A DNA stretch of 60,283 bases, the filler included, from Sluysia triapertura (taxonomy: Eukaryota): NCBI GenBank assembly GCA_046118255.1. It is 4 parts of 4 records of this genome, joined end to end, with 100 filler letters (N's around TTAATTAATTAA, not from the genome) between each part and the next. Parts side by side here need not be neighbours in the genome. Positions count along the whole stretch, not along the records: positions 14,094 to 34,051 come from JBJNIA010041022.1; 3 more parts are not named here. The stretch is one strand, 5' to 3'. Shown here in pieces: positions 14,094 through 26,826 of this stretch (its first letter is position 1; each line of letters opens with the position of its first letter). A program made the position numbers and the translations under genes. The notes under the pieces are model-generated. The model made no database searches and was not told the DNA's origin. It was given only the letters and a program-made list of their open reading frames with translations.

Positions 14094-16829
14094 TTTTCTT
14101 TTAACCAATAGCCAAGTCTTCTTTACGATTTAAATCTTGCGTTATTGGCGAACCCTGTAATTAGAATAAATTCATAATTGTTAAATTAAGAAAAACCTAA
14201 CAACTGTGAGAAAGTTAATAGTAAAGTCGACAGAATAAAAACTAAAGCTGTGAGTTCACCAACGTACTGGACTTATCAGCGAGGGCCAGTCGCTGGAATT
14301 TTTACGGAAAAGGTAGTTAATGTCTCGAAGGTTTAATTCTCTGATGGTATAACTTAAATGTCTGGAGGTTATTCTTATTGTTTCTTGTCTTATCAATTTA
14401 ATTTTGTCGATAGTTATTTTACACAATCCTATAACAAGGATTCTTTACAATTTAAATTATTTTTGGTTAATGATTTTTCTTTCTTTATTTTATAACTATA
14501 TCTAAACAATATTAACTTTAGAAAACGATTTATATACACAAAAGTTGGAAAAAACAATTTTTACAATAAAGTAATAATAATAATATATTTAGCTAGAATT
14601 ACTTTCTGTAATTCTGAATGATAAGAAATTTCTATATGATTTTTCATTGATCTATTACAAGATCAGAAATTATTCAATAAAAGATTTTAAGTAGATTTTT
14701 CAGCGATATTTAGCAATATCTTACCTTAAATAAAATAAATTAATGTTTATGAAGAAAACTTTAATCAGATCAATGTGTAAAAATGTTTTCAATTAGTTGC
14801 TCGCCCAACAATTATATTTTGCCAACTTACCAAAGACTAGCCAACAATTAAACTTGTAATTAAATGAAAGTATTGTGAAAAGTATGTATTTGTGATTGAT
14901 ATTTATACATTTTACACATTAACCTTGAAGGTTAATTACTTAAACAAAAGTTATTTATTAAAAGTTTAATTATTTAAACAAAATTTAAATTAATTAAAAA
15001 TAATTTTAAATTTAAAACTCACTATAATTTAAAATTTCCAAATTGATATAAATTAAGATATCACAAAATAAAATAAATCCAAGTATACAAAAAATGAAAT
15101 AGATATTAATAAAATTAAAATTCAAAATGTTTGCAATAATTACTATAATAATATACAAAATTCAAAATATGCATATATTTAAAAATCAATAATTGTTACG
15201 ACACGCATGATTCTAATTGTTAAATTCTAATTGTTACAACACAAATTGTTAACGACACACAGTCTCTATAACAATACTTTAACAAATAAAACCTTGCAAA
15301 AGGTTACTTCTTCGTATTATTCGTACGCTTATTTTGCTATTAAAATTCATCATAATAATTTATCTTAATTCCTCAATGATATTTATTTTATCATGATTCA
15401 TGACCCTTATGTTTCTCCTTATCCTTAACTAATCCCAACACTTTTCATAGCAGGATAGACCCACCATTTGTCTGTTCTATTTTATGTATGATCTTGTTAG
15501 TAATCATAAATCATACTAAGATGCTAAAAATACAATTGATCAAATTAGTTGATTTGTTGGGACTTATATTAAAATGTCACAAAAATATTACTAATCATGG
15601 TTGAAATTCTCAAAAAAATTCTTATTGCTATAATAAATCCGTTTTAGGACGAATGATGAAATCAAAAAGCAACCAGCAATTTATTATATTTTACAAAATC
15701 TACAAAATGATGATTATCTAATATATGAAAACTCTAACAATTACCAAAAACAAATTACATCTATAATAACCATAAATACCAATTTGTGTAAATTAATCTT
15801 AATTTAGTTATAATACAAAAAGAAACTCCTTAAAAATCGTATGCTACAAAGTTACTTCAAATTGGAATTCCTGAAAAAATTAAATAAAAGTGAATCACCT
15901 AAAAATAACAAAATTATTTACAAAATTTGAGAGGGCGAATACGAAAGATAAAAATATAATTTACTTTAGCTAAATCAATAAGTATAAAATTTAGAGTATT
16001 ATAACAATATATTAAAAACATTATTTTAAAATAACAATTTGTTTTAACGAGATCAATAATAAAATCTAAAATATTATAGCAAAATAACCTTATTAAAATT
16101 AATATTTATTTAAAAAAAATTTAAAAACTTGGATCTTCTTTTCGTGATCACCTGTGAATGTTGTCTCCCTTTTCATGAGTGCCTAAAAATGCCTAGATGT
16201 TCTATTTTATAAGTTTATTTTATCCATTCATTTCCACATTCACAATCAGGAATTACTCTTAGACAAATCATCAGAACTTCTTTAAAGATTAAACCGACTA
16301 AATCTATTTTGACACTTACATGGTACGACCTGTTGAGTAAAACAAAACAATTCGATTAACAATCAACTCTTTTTTCTTCTATTCTACTCGATCTATTTTT
16401 TCATGAATCATTTACATTAAAATATCAATTATTATTATTGACATACTTAAAAATAATGAATTTAACTTTAGTTTTCGCATTCTAATTATTTTCAATTCCT
16501 CATGCTAAATTTTTTAATGGAAAATATTTAAAGTTCTCATTTCCAAACGAACCATTTCACAAACATTTCAACCTCATTTTCGGATTCTCCTATTTCATAG
16601 CAATCACTTCATACCCAACTCGTTATCTTATTATCATTCTAAATATAAAAAGTTCATTATTTCAAATTAAAAATTAATTAAAATTCGATTTTGCTCAATA
16701 TAGAGTCAACCCTTATCTTCATCGGATGGTATCTTTAAAATACTTATATACATAGCATTCCTCATTCAGAAGTTATTTACACAAACATAATTTTTCTTAA
16801 TTGAATTAATTAATTATTTTAACTTATTT

Positions 16830-17210
16830 TATTCTAAGTATAAAGGTTTTATTATGGTTATGAAGTTGTTACATACTTCATAAGGTACTCAGAATGATCT
16901 AAATGTTTTCACCTTCCCTACTCGGATTCATTTTCCTACTTTTTTTATTTCAATTATTAATGAATTAAATTTATCTTTAATCTTATTAACTATGATTTTA
17001 ATTCTTGAACATTTCAATGATTCCAAACATTTTACAAGGTTACTCGAAGTTTATTAAGGTCTTAAACAAACGATTTCAAAGATTACAAAAGATCAACAAG
17101 GTCTCCAATGATCCAAGGTTCAAAAGTTCAAAGGTATCTTTACACTTCAAGACATCTTTCCAACCCTTACTTAAGTCTTCACAAAGGTCCCAATACCCTG
17201 CAAAAGTTAT
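16830..17210 (+). repeat. Dispersed repeat family A (inverted copy at about 33690-34051, partial copy at about 1070-1150)
   Basis: Shared strings such as tttataag(a/g)cattcaggaggctct (1070 and 34000 copies), tgttttcaccttc, gttc(a/t)aaagttc(a/t)aaggta and aacccttac. Confidence 0.7.
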
Positions 17211-17519
17211 TCTTCGGTTTCAAAATGATTATAAACATTTAACTGTTCATTATTATTGCTCTAGAAATGTTTGCTTATGTTGTCAAGTTTCCGCTATTTT
17301 ATATCATTTTTATATATGTATTTTAAATTCTCTTACCTTTTAATCTATTTTTTAAACACTAACAGGTCTGTAATTTGTTTTTTATCAAATTTGATTTGTC
17401 AGTAAACCAAACTTTATACTAACGATCTGTTAGTCCAAATAATAATAATTACCCAAAAGGTGTTTAAAAGTAATTATAGTTGAAAAAATAAATACATTAA
17501 GGGTACAACCTTATCAATT

Positions 17520-17878
17520 TGCAAAATTAGGCGACGCTAACGCGCATAAATCTCACATAATTCATGGACACTTCACGATTTACAATTTAATTGTCATGTG
17601 GTAGATCAATTTGTAATATTTAAATCAAAACTCAAAAAATCCCGAAATTCACAAAAGAGTTAATATAATTTTAAGTCAACCATCGTAAATCACTTTAAAA
17701 TTCATGAAATGATTTTTATTTCATGAAAATCTTTAATTTTAATCACAGTCTAAATTTTAATTTCATATTTTTAGATCAGCAAATAACACGATTCACCAAA
17801 TTCGCAAACAGACAAACAGACACACAAGAAGACCCAATAATGAAGCAAAGTCACCCTTAAAGTCGGCGAATCTTTAAT
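17520..17878 (+). mobile_element. Possible DINE-1/Helentron-like non-autonomous element
   Basis: (CAGA/CAAA)n microsatellite at about 17806-17826 followed by an imperfect stem-loop aaagtcacc...ggcgaatcttt; boundaries uncertain. Confidence 0.25.
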
Positions 17879-19612
17879 CATAATTACATGTTCAAAATTC
17901 ATGAAATAGTTTTCCATACATTCAATCAACTCATTACGTTGTTTAGTAAATCACGTTTACTTCAAAACTTTCAACATTAATCTTTCATTAAACAATTTCA
18001 CTCTACAGATCATTCTTAACATTCCTTACCATCCATAACTAAATAGCATTTCGTTTAGTTTAGAATTTAGAAGAAGCTAAAGAATAATAATAAATCAGAA
18101 ACAAAATGGCCGATTCTCGGTCTGAACTAATGTCTATTAAAATTATATTATTTGCAAATCAATCAAATACAAATTGGATACCATATCGTCAATTCAAATT
18201 TCATTGGTGTAAAAGCAAAATAGTTTGTTGAAAAGTTAAATTTATAAGTAAAGTCAAAGTGTGTGTGTTTGTAAAAATAATGAAATTAGTAGCATACCAA
18301 AATAATTATTGATGGTTTATTTTCTAAAAAAAAATTAAACTAAAAAATATACAGTATTTAGAGTTTCAATTAATTAAATTTTTAATCCCGATTTATTGAA
18401 TGGCATTATCAATTTTAAAATCATTAAAACAAAGAATTTGAGGAATGCTGTACATAATTAATATTGCTAACTTGGTCCTTATTACTCCTGTTGATATTGT
18501 AAGAATGTATATAATTTTGAATTTTTAATTTTTGAAAAATATATAAAAATATTATAAAATTTATTTAAAATAAAAAATTACTAAATTAATTACATTAAAA
18601 TAAAAATTATTATTATAAATTAAAAATTATCACAAACGAAACTTCTAGAAAGAAGTTTGTTCAAATAAAGTAAAATTAAAAATATGTCTTTATTCACATA
18701 TAAAGACTCAATGCAAAAATAAGAAGCCATAATTATTTCATCATTAGTCAGAAAATTTTATTAGTCGCCATATTGGTTTGAATATCCAGATTATCGACTG
18801 TGCAACACCATCATCGCCAACAATTCTATTTCTTCAATATTTTCAATTTGGTATTTTATCATTTGTGAGATCCCCGCGTCTACGATTAGAGGGGTATCAC
18901 ATCGACATCAACAACGATTTGGAAATCAATCTTCGATCAATTAATTCATCCGTAAGTTTGGTAAATAAGATTTTAAACTTTCAGAAAAGTTATAAAATTA
19001 TACCTAAAATATCATTTTTTAAAGGTTGGTCATTAAGACTGATTTACAAAATCTATTCTAAAATATAAAATCTAAAAACTTTAGTTGGTCCTTAAGACCA
19101 ATTATAAAATAAATATCACAGGGTAGAGTTTTTTCTAAGCTAGACCCTTATTACAATTAAAATTTTATTGTTATTATACTTTTATATTTTATTTTTACTA
19201 AAATAATATTGTTAATTTTTGTGTGCTATTTATTATAAATTAGTGTTTATTCTTAAAAAATTTTTATTTTTTAATTTAGTGTTGTAGTAATAAAAGATAT
19301 TAAAAATTTTCTTTGTTTTTGATTGTTAAAGTTCAGAAAGTTAAAGTTAAAATTTGTAATTATAATAAGATTTCATTATTCGATTCATTTATAATAATTT
19401 CACGTTAAATTGTAATTGTAACATTATTCTATTAGATTGATTTCGATATAAAGACATAGCAATTTACATCAAGAAACTCTATACTTTCATTACTTATAAT
19501 CTAACGTTGGTCTTGCTTAGTTTTTTAAGTTATTTGTTGTAAAATAACGATTTTGCTTGTTATTGTTAAATTGAGACGAAGCATCTTTTAAAGAGTTAAT
19601 TTTGATAATTAC

Positions 19613-19706
19613 TTTCACGTAATTTTTACAGGTACGCCATAGGTAAGTCGTATACTGTAAACGGACTCATAATAATTATTTATTTTGCTGTAGGTAAGTT
19701 TTTAGG
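19613..19706 (+). repeat. Hairpin/splice-motif repeat, copy 1
   Basis: ttacaggtacgcc-ataggtaa-gtcgtatactgtaa ... ttttgctgtaggtaagt; homologous to 20074-20165 and (inverted) 59462-59553. Confidence 0.85.
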
Positions 19707-20073
19707 TTAAGAAAAGAACCCAGCATTATTATTATTATAATAGTGTAAAATTAAGAATTTTATTTTTGGTTTTTATATTATATTTTTTTATAATATTCGT
19801 TGATTTTAATATAATTGAAACGATTAAGTAAGGCTGCAACAAAAAATTTAGTTACAACGATAATCAACTAAAATATATTGATAATCTTCAAAAGAATTAA
19901 TCACTTTTTTTAACATACTATACATATAAAGTTCTATTTAAACTTAGGTTCAAACGCACGCGTTTGTCACTGTTATACGACTGGTCACTGTTGGTCATTT
20001 TATACGATATTCGTATAACAACATTAACTTTATTGTTTACGTTGAAGTAAGAAGTATTTTTATATCGTTTACC

Positions 20074-20165
20074 TTCACGTTACTTACGGATACGCCCTTG
20101 GTAAGTCGTATACTGTAAGTGGACTCTGAATAATAATCTCTTTTGTTGTTAGGTAAGTCTTTAAA
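20074..20165 (+). repeat. Hairpin/splice-motif repeat, copy 2
   Basis: cttacggatacgcc-cttggtaa-gtcgtatactgtaag ... ttttgttgttaggtaagt. Confidence 0.85.
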
Positions 20166-20909
20166 CGAAAAAACCAAGTAAAGTATAAAGAATTATTTTA
20201 TGATTTCTAAAAGTGTGATAAGTGAAATTACTTAATTATGTTGTAACATTGCTTTAATGCGGTATACATATGAATTGCTTGATTGTAAAAGTTGTGAGAT
20301 ATATAATGTAAGAAGGGCTGCTAAATGATCAAGAAATATGTTATTTAAATTGGAAATGGTGTTAACTATGTTATGAGTTTATTATGTACTGATTGTGTAA
20401 TATAATCAGATGATATACAAGCTTTTCATTAAGAAATATTAGTAACCTCCATCTTGTTCTAAAATCATGTTGATAAGACTTAGATCGCGGGAGAAATCAC
20501 TTTTATTTGTTAAACATAATTTTCATTCGATTAAACTTTCACTTCTTTCTAAATGTAATAATAAATAATTCTAATTTTTTTTGAACCATCATTATTACGA
20601 ATTATTTGTATCTATTTTAATAAACTAAATTTTGACAAAGTTTAACTTTAATTAGTAATGGTACTTATTATTCTAATACGAATAAGCAAGCATCATTAAA
20701 TTATGACACATTCTATGATATATATAGTTTAATACATAGTTTAAATTAAATGTTTATACTTAACTGTGTGCATACTTATAAATATACATTATTTTTATGA
20801 ATCATTATTGTTACTAAAATAAGTCACACTTCAGCACATAATATTGTATAGCTTCAAAATAGTTAAGTAGAAAATAAGCAATAATATACGTTGAAAATTT
20901 AATAATACG

Positions 20910-21225
20910 ATGCCATTTTGGAAGCGTACTAAAAAATTATTTAAAAATTTTCATCGTAAGGGTAGTGATCGTGTTAAATTGCCCAGTACACAACAGATAA
21001 GTCGCTCTCAATCGGATTATACAATTGATTCTTTAAAATTATATGATCAACAATTCGGTGTATTATCAAGAAATCAAACTAATGAAGGAAGAGATAGGCC
21101 TTTATCTTTATTTATAGAATCAGACGAAATAAATGATGATTCAGAAAGTAGTGGAACAAAAACAAATGAATCTAGCTTACATTTTGCTTCGGAAACTCAA
21201 GAATCAATAATCAGTGTTAATCAAA
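20910..21225 (+). CDS. SARAH protein exon 1 (basic N-terminus, Ser/acidic disordered region)
   Basis: ATG at 20910, protein-like composition, gtatgt donor at 21226. Confidence 0.75.
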
Positions 21226-22157
21226 GTATGTTTAAAATAATCATGTAAAATATTTAATAAATATACATAGTTTCTGTGATAATTAAATTATTTTTTTTAA
21301 ATTACGAGTTCAAATAACTTGAGTTAGCAACTCTAAAATTATACAAAGTTAAACTAACAAATCATTATTCAGAAATATTAAACCAATAGGTCAAAATCAC
21401 GTGATTTAAATTGACTGTAGGAGTTATAATAAGTAAAAATATTAATACAGTTCAAAAGAAAAGCTATTAAAACTGTTTTGGAAGAATATCAAAATTAAAG
21501 GAAAATTCTTTCGAAAAAACAACAGAAAAACAATATATACTAAAAATTAATTGATAATGCATTCATTATTTGAACGTCCACTTTTAAAAGTAATGAAACT
21601 AGCTTACTGTCCATCTAAAGTAGTGGTTTACAAAGTGGACAATACCACAATTATCCTCAGAATGATACACAACATCCACAAAAAAAAATGAAAATAGAAC
21701 TCGGGTACATTTATCGAGAGTCACAAATAATGCTTCAAAAAGCCGCTTCTGGCTCACGAGTCACAGTTTGGCCACTCTTGAAATAAGGTAATAGAAATAC
21801 TTAATATTTTAAAAATTTTTAGATTTTTCAGTTACAAACAGTAGTATTGCGCTATATCCACTTAACCTTACGTTTAAGAAGGCAGTAATTATGTGTGTTC
21901 CAATGTTCGGGAAAATCATATAGTTATTTCAGTTTTCAGCTCTCAGGCACAACTTAATTAATTCTAACATACAATTGTTTTATATTAAAATGACAAGATA
22001 CATAATGAAAATAAAACTTAAAAGGTATTTGCTAAAACATTTATAAAAAATTTTAATTGGTACTTACAAATCAGTAACAATATTAGATTATAACTCGAAG
22101 AATGGTCTCCTTTGTAAGGCATTCTCATTGAAAACACCTCAACATAATAATAATAGC

Positions 22158-22216
<59 letters not shown>

Positions 22217-23853
22217 CCTTAATTACTAAATCAAATTTAGTAGTTTGACACAGGAATATTTAATTAAGTATTTTCATATTTATCATTTTATATTTTATTT
22301 TATCTTTAGCTGAAGAAAAGAAAAAGAAAATTACTATTTCTCAAGTATAAATTATTTATTTACTTAATTTTTATAAGCATAATATTAATTTAATTATATA
22401 TTTTATGTATACATATCTCGATTTCCGTTATCTTATTTCCATTGTCTTATTTTATGGCATTAAAAGAAAAATGACAATAAAGTTTTTAAGAATTTACCAA
22501 AATAAATACTGATCTGCTATACTTAAGTTATTTTACTAAAAAACAAAATTTAATATATTAACATTATAAAATTACTAAATTTAAAAACTGTTATTATAAA
22601 TAATAGCAATCATTATAGTTCTAAATCGAGATATGACTGTATTTTTAAATGTCTTTACTTACATTTCTTTAAAGATTCATCAATTTTTTTCTTTTAATGG
22701 AATCTGGGTTTATCTATATTTTTAGATTTTTCATCTATTATCGTTGACAATGTTCTCAGTTTTGAAATTAATGTTAAATAATCATCGAACAGTAATTTTG
22801 TACCAATTTCATAATTTTGTGGAAAAAATCCTTTCTAATAAAACTGCGTTTCTATTAATAACAATATTAGCGTTAAATCTCATAATAATGTTTGTATTTA
22901 TTTATATTATCTTTATATTTATAATGTATTTTTAGTATGATTCATATTAATTTAAGTTAATATTTACAAAATTTTTTAACTGATATAATACATGATTTTA
23001 ATCCTTTAACTACCACAGTTATCCATAAGCGACTTGGCTGAAAAATATCTCAATCTCCGGTATCGTCAATACATAATATAAGTTACTTTGTTTTAATTAA
23101 AATGTCACAATTTATTTTAAGTGACTACTGGATTATGTTTATATATAAACAAAAAATGTAGATAAATTGAGCTTAAATAAATAATGTCAGAAATGATTAT
23201 TTAAAGTCATGAATAAATATGATTATTTTATTATTTTCGAAAATGCATTTTTAAAATGTACTTTATATTTTATTATATATTTTAAATGTATTTTCATATT
23301 TTATATTTATAGTTTTCACAAATTTCAGTTCTTGGACTTTATTTTTTTATTAGAAAAAATCGCTAAGTTTTTGAAACATTTCTTCACATTTTTATCAAAT
23401 ACTTAAAGAAATTATTTTCTCGATTGATATTCATACATTTATTTGTTAACATTGTACGAATTTTTTTGCTTCTGACCGCTAGAGAAAAAGTACGCATAAC
23501 TGCTAGTTAAAAGGTTAAATAAAATGAACAATTTTATTATGTAGCAATCTTTAATATTATAAATAAATATTATTATTTATTATTAAATAAATATTATTAA
23601 AGTTTACTATATTTATGTATATATGCAGTGGACAGACTTCAGTTTACGTGATCTACATAATTTTCTTAATATTCTAAACAAAGAAGAATCCGAACAACGT
23701 CTACGAATAACAAGAAAATACAGAATTCTAACTGAAACGGTTCAGTATCACATGAAAGAACTTAAAAATCTTTGTCGGAAAGAACATAATCTTACTAAGC
23801 ACGCTGATACTCTTTGTTCTGATACAGTTTATTCTCAATTAAAATGTCAATAA
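20910..23853 (+). CDS. RASSF1/3/5-type SARAH-domain protein, about 191 aa, 3 exons (20910-21225, 22310-22344, 23629-23853)
   Basis: CAA A|gtatgt, tttag|CT GAA GAA AAG...CAA|gtataa and atgcag|TGG are all in phase. The last exon WTDFSLRDLHNFLNILNKEESEQRLRITRKY matches the RASSF SARAH motif WDAFSxPELxNFLxILxxEE. Confidence 0.8.
22145..22213. repeat. (AAT)n microsatellite
   Basis: Direct reading. Confidence 0.95.
22310..22344 (+). CDS. SARAH protein 35-nt exon (TEEKKKKITISQ)
   Basis: Pyrimidine-rich acceptor; bridges phase 1 to phase 0. Confidence 0.65.
23629..23853 (+). CDS. SARAH domain exon
   Basis: WTDFSLRDLHNFLNILNKEE...KY coiled coil; TAA at 23851-23853. Confidence 0.88.
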   Translation, partial: WTDFSLRDLHNFLNILNKEESEQRLRITRKYRILTETVQYHMKELKNLCRKEHNLTKHADTLCSDTVYSQLKCQ

Positions 23854-24559
23854 AATCGAATAACGCAAGATGTATACATTATCAACATCATCATTATTAC
23901 TGTCATCATTATAATTATTATATTACAATATCCAAACTAAGTAGATTATTATTACTATTATTATCTTAATGAAGATTGAACTTATATTTTAAACATAAAA
24001 TCATTTTTTTCGTTAAGTGAATTTAATATAATATAATTTAATATTTATAATTTTCAATAACTACAATCAAAATCCTACGTAAATGTTGATTTTCGAAAAT
24101 AACTAAATCATTAATAAGTAATTTCAAGTTTATTTTATATTTCATTTTTTGTTTTTTTATTTTGATTTAAAATTATTAAAACAATGTTTTCGATTTATTT
24201 ATCATATTTTAATTTTGTTTAAATTTTATTTCTATTCTTTATTTAGTTTAAACAAATTAAAATTTGTTTTCGAATTCAATTTATGGTTTTTTAATGTTTT
24301 CATTGTAAAACAAATCATTATTGTAATTAGTTCAATATTTAATTTTCAATACATATATTTAATTATTTCTAAAAGTAAAATTTCATAATTATTAGATTAT
24401 AAACCAATTTTTATATTTTAATATATCCATTCTGTATTGATTATTTTGATTACACAGGTCAAATTTTATTAATAAAAAATTTAGGCTTATAATTCAGAAA
24501 AACCAAATTAAATATAATACTATATTTTCTAGATTTTTGAAAACGACATATAATGCGAT

Positions 24560-25075
24560 TTTAATAGATTTTATAACTATTTAAGTTGAAAAGATGGTAA
24601 TACAAGAAATTCCTTTATTACATACAAAAATGTAAAAATGATACGAATACAATTAATAATAATGATAAAAAGTTACTTTAATTAACTATTGTTAGTAAAT
24701 TATGCTTAATTTTAGTTTATGAAAGATTTTACCATGGATCTTTATAAGATCCAAATTATGGACACAATATATTTTAAGTTTATTTTTTTTATGATATAAA
24801 ATTTATATCAAATCTTACAAATTATCAAACTAACGTCACTCAATAAAATATTTTTGTACGACTGTCTTTATAATATGGCTTGATCCAATAAGGTCTATAT
24901 CACTTTTGTACGAAACCTTTGCGAGTCTGACCTAAGTATTGTTTTTAAGAATTTAAAAATTTTTGTCGTTAAAAATACTCATTTAAATACTTGTTTCAGT
25001 CGGACCTTGGTCAGACTAAAACAAATATCAAAATATTAAAATAAATATTAGCTTTAGTGTCGTTAATTTATTAAT
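24560..25075 (+). repeat. Dispersed repeat family B with a subterminal palindrome (inverted copy at about 46385-46860)
   Basis: ttttatgatataaa.tttatatca...aaatta..aaactaacgt and ttgtttcagtcggaccttggtcagactaaaacaa align to the reverse complement of 46430-46650. Confidence 0.75.
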
Positions 25076-26610
25076 TTGAAATAATATATCACATAGTTAA
25101 AATTCAATATTTCAAGATTTTAATTATTACAAAATAAAATAAATGATTAAATTAAAATAAAGTACCTTTAAAATATTACAACCAAAAAATTATTATTTCC
25201 AAAATAAATGTCTTTAAATCAATATAAATAAATATTGTTAAATTATATAGTTATATTCATCAAAATAAATGTTATTAAATCGTATAAATCAATAAGGTTC
25301 AAATATCGTATATTACAGTGTGTTAAAGTTCGAACTATTGGTTTACATTGGTTGTATGTGGTTTACACACCTAAAGTAAACATTGATAACATTGATTCTT
25401 ATCTATGAAATTTTAAAAGTAACTTTCTGCAATAGATAGAAAAGAATACTTATTCCAACAATATAAGTAATTTTGTTGCAATTTAAACAAATTTTTGATT
25501 ACAAATCTATCAACTAAACAATTCTGTGCAAAAAAATATTGTAATACTTACATTTTCACTAGTAAAAAGACTATATTGTAGTAATGCTTATATCTCTTTG
25601 AATTGATATTTTAAACAATACTGGATGTTTTTTATATTAATGAATCTAAGGTTAAAATCTGTCATACTAGAAAACATCCAGAACTTAAAATTTACTTAAT
25701 TATGAATTTTATCTTTCATGTTTTTGTAACGCAAAAATTAGTATAATATATTCAAATGAAAATCGTACGCTGTCTTATCTTAAATTTAATAGTGATTTTC
25801 ACTGTTTATATAATAAAATTATTAATCTAATTGCATCGCATTATAGATTTTATATTGGTTTTAAATGTTTAGCAAATATAATACAATTAAATCCGGAATG
25901 TTCAAGTTTCTTTCCATGTTTTTATTGATTTATGAAACAATTTTGAATTAATTTTTTAGGGTACTGCTTATTTAGGCAAGTATTACACTACATATGGAAG
26001 TTTCTATTTAGAATTATACTGTTCATATTACTTAGGCTTGACTATATCTATGTTTTAATGAAATATTTGCATAAACATTGTCATTTTTCATAGTACATGG
26101 TTAATAAAATTTGGATTTTGGTTTTTTTCTTTGTAATGTAATAATTAAGATCCTTACGAATTTTTCGAAGCTAAAGATGTTAAAATTTACCTCCAGTTAT
26201 GCAGCAATTAGTTGTGTGGTCGTTTATTTGTTCAATTAAAATCATCAAAAATATCGGATTCAAATCTCCAGTGTCAGTTGCGCGTTAAGATCGGCTAGGC
26301 AAAAATGATACTTAATTTTGAATTGTTTCTTATTGGTTGTGTCTTCAATATAGTTGAAGAAATATGCCCATAGTTCTTTAATTCGAAGCCCCATGAATTA
26401 CAGTTCGATCAGAAATTTGCAGAAAATTGGCGAAATATTGTGGACACTGATTTCCTTTATTTTTAAGAATAATTGGTCTTATTCTTACCATAAGATTTTG
26501 ACTAACGTAGTATTTCTGTGCATTAAACAAAAGACATTATTAATCGTAATTCAATCGAGTTATTTATTATTAAAATATTAATTCAATTTTTATACAAGTT
26601 TTATTTTTAG

Positions 26611-26826
26611 TTTTCTGTGAGTGAAGAACCCAATCCGTCAAATAAATTACCAAAATTAAAGTACACTATTAACAATGTATTAATCGAACTCATTTTGAAT
26701 AAACTGAAATCACAGTATAAAAATTCGCGATTCTTAATTCAGTTTGCCTTAGTTAGTGATAATTTAAAATTTGAGGTTCTTGGTAGTAAAAGTTTGGATG
26801 ATGAACAATCACCTGGTGTTTTTCAA
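26611..26826 (+). CDS. GLMP: GLMP exon
   Basis: tttttag|TTT; LPKLKYTINN...NSRF...SLDDEQSPGVFQ|gtttgt. Confidence 0.88.

Noticed and set aside
14108-14153. Possible minus-strand exon (GSPITQDLNRKEDLAI) as an upstream RALGAPB exon
   Set aside because: Very short, no recognisable homology, and across an artificial gap
17005-17343. 112-aa ORF
   Set aside because: Lies in dispersed repeat family A, has a TTG start and no motif
22744-24388. Phe/Ile/Leu-rich ORFs (22744, 23209, 24149)
   Set aside because: Composition expected from AT-rich intron or UTR sequence; no splice or homology support
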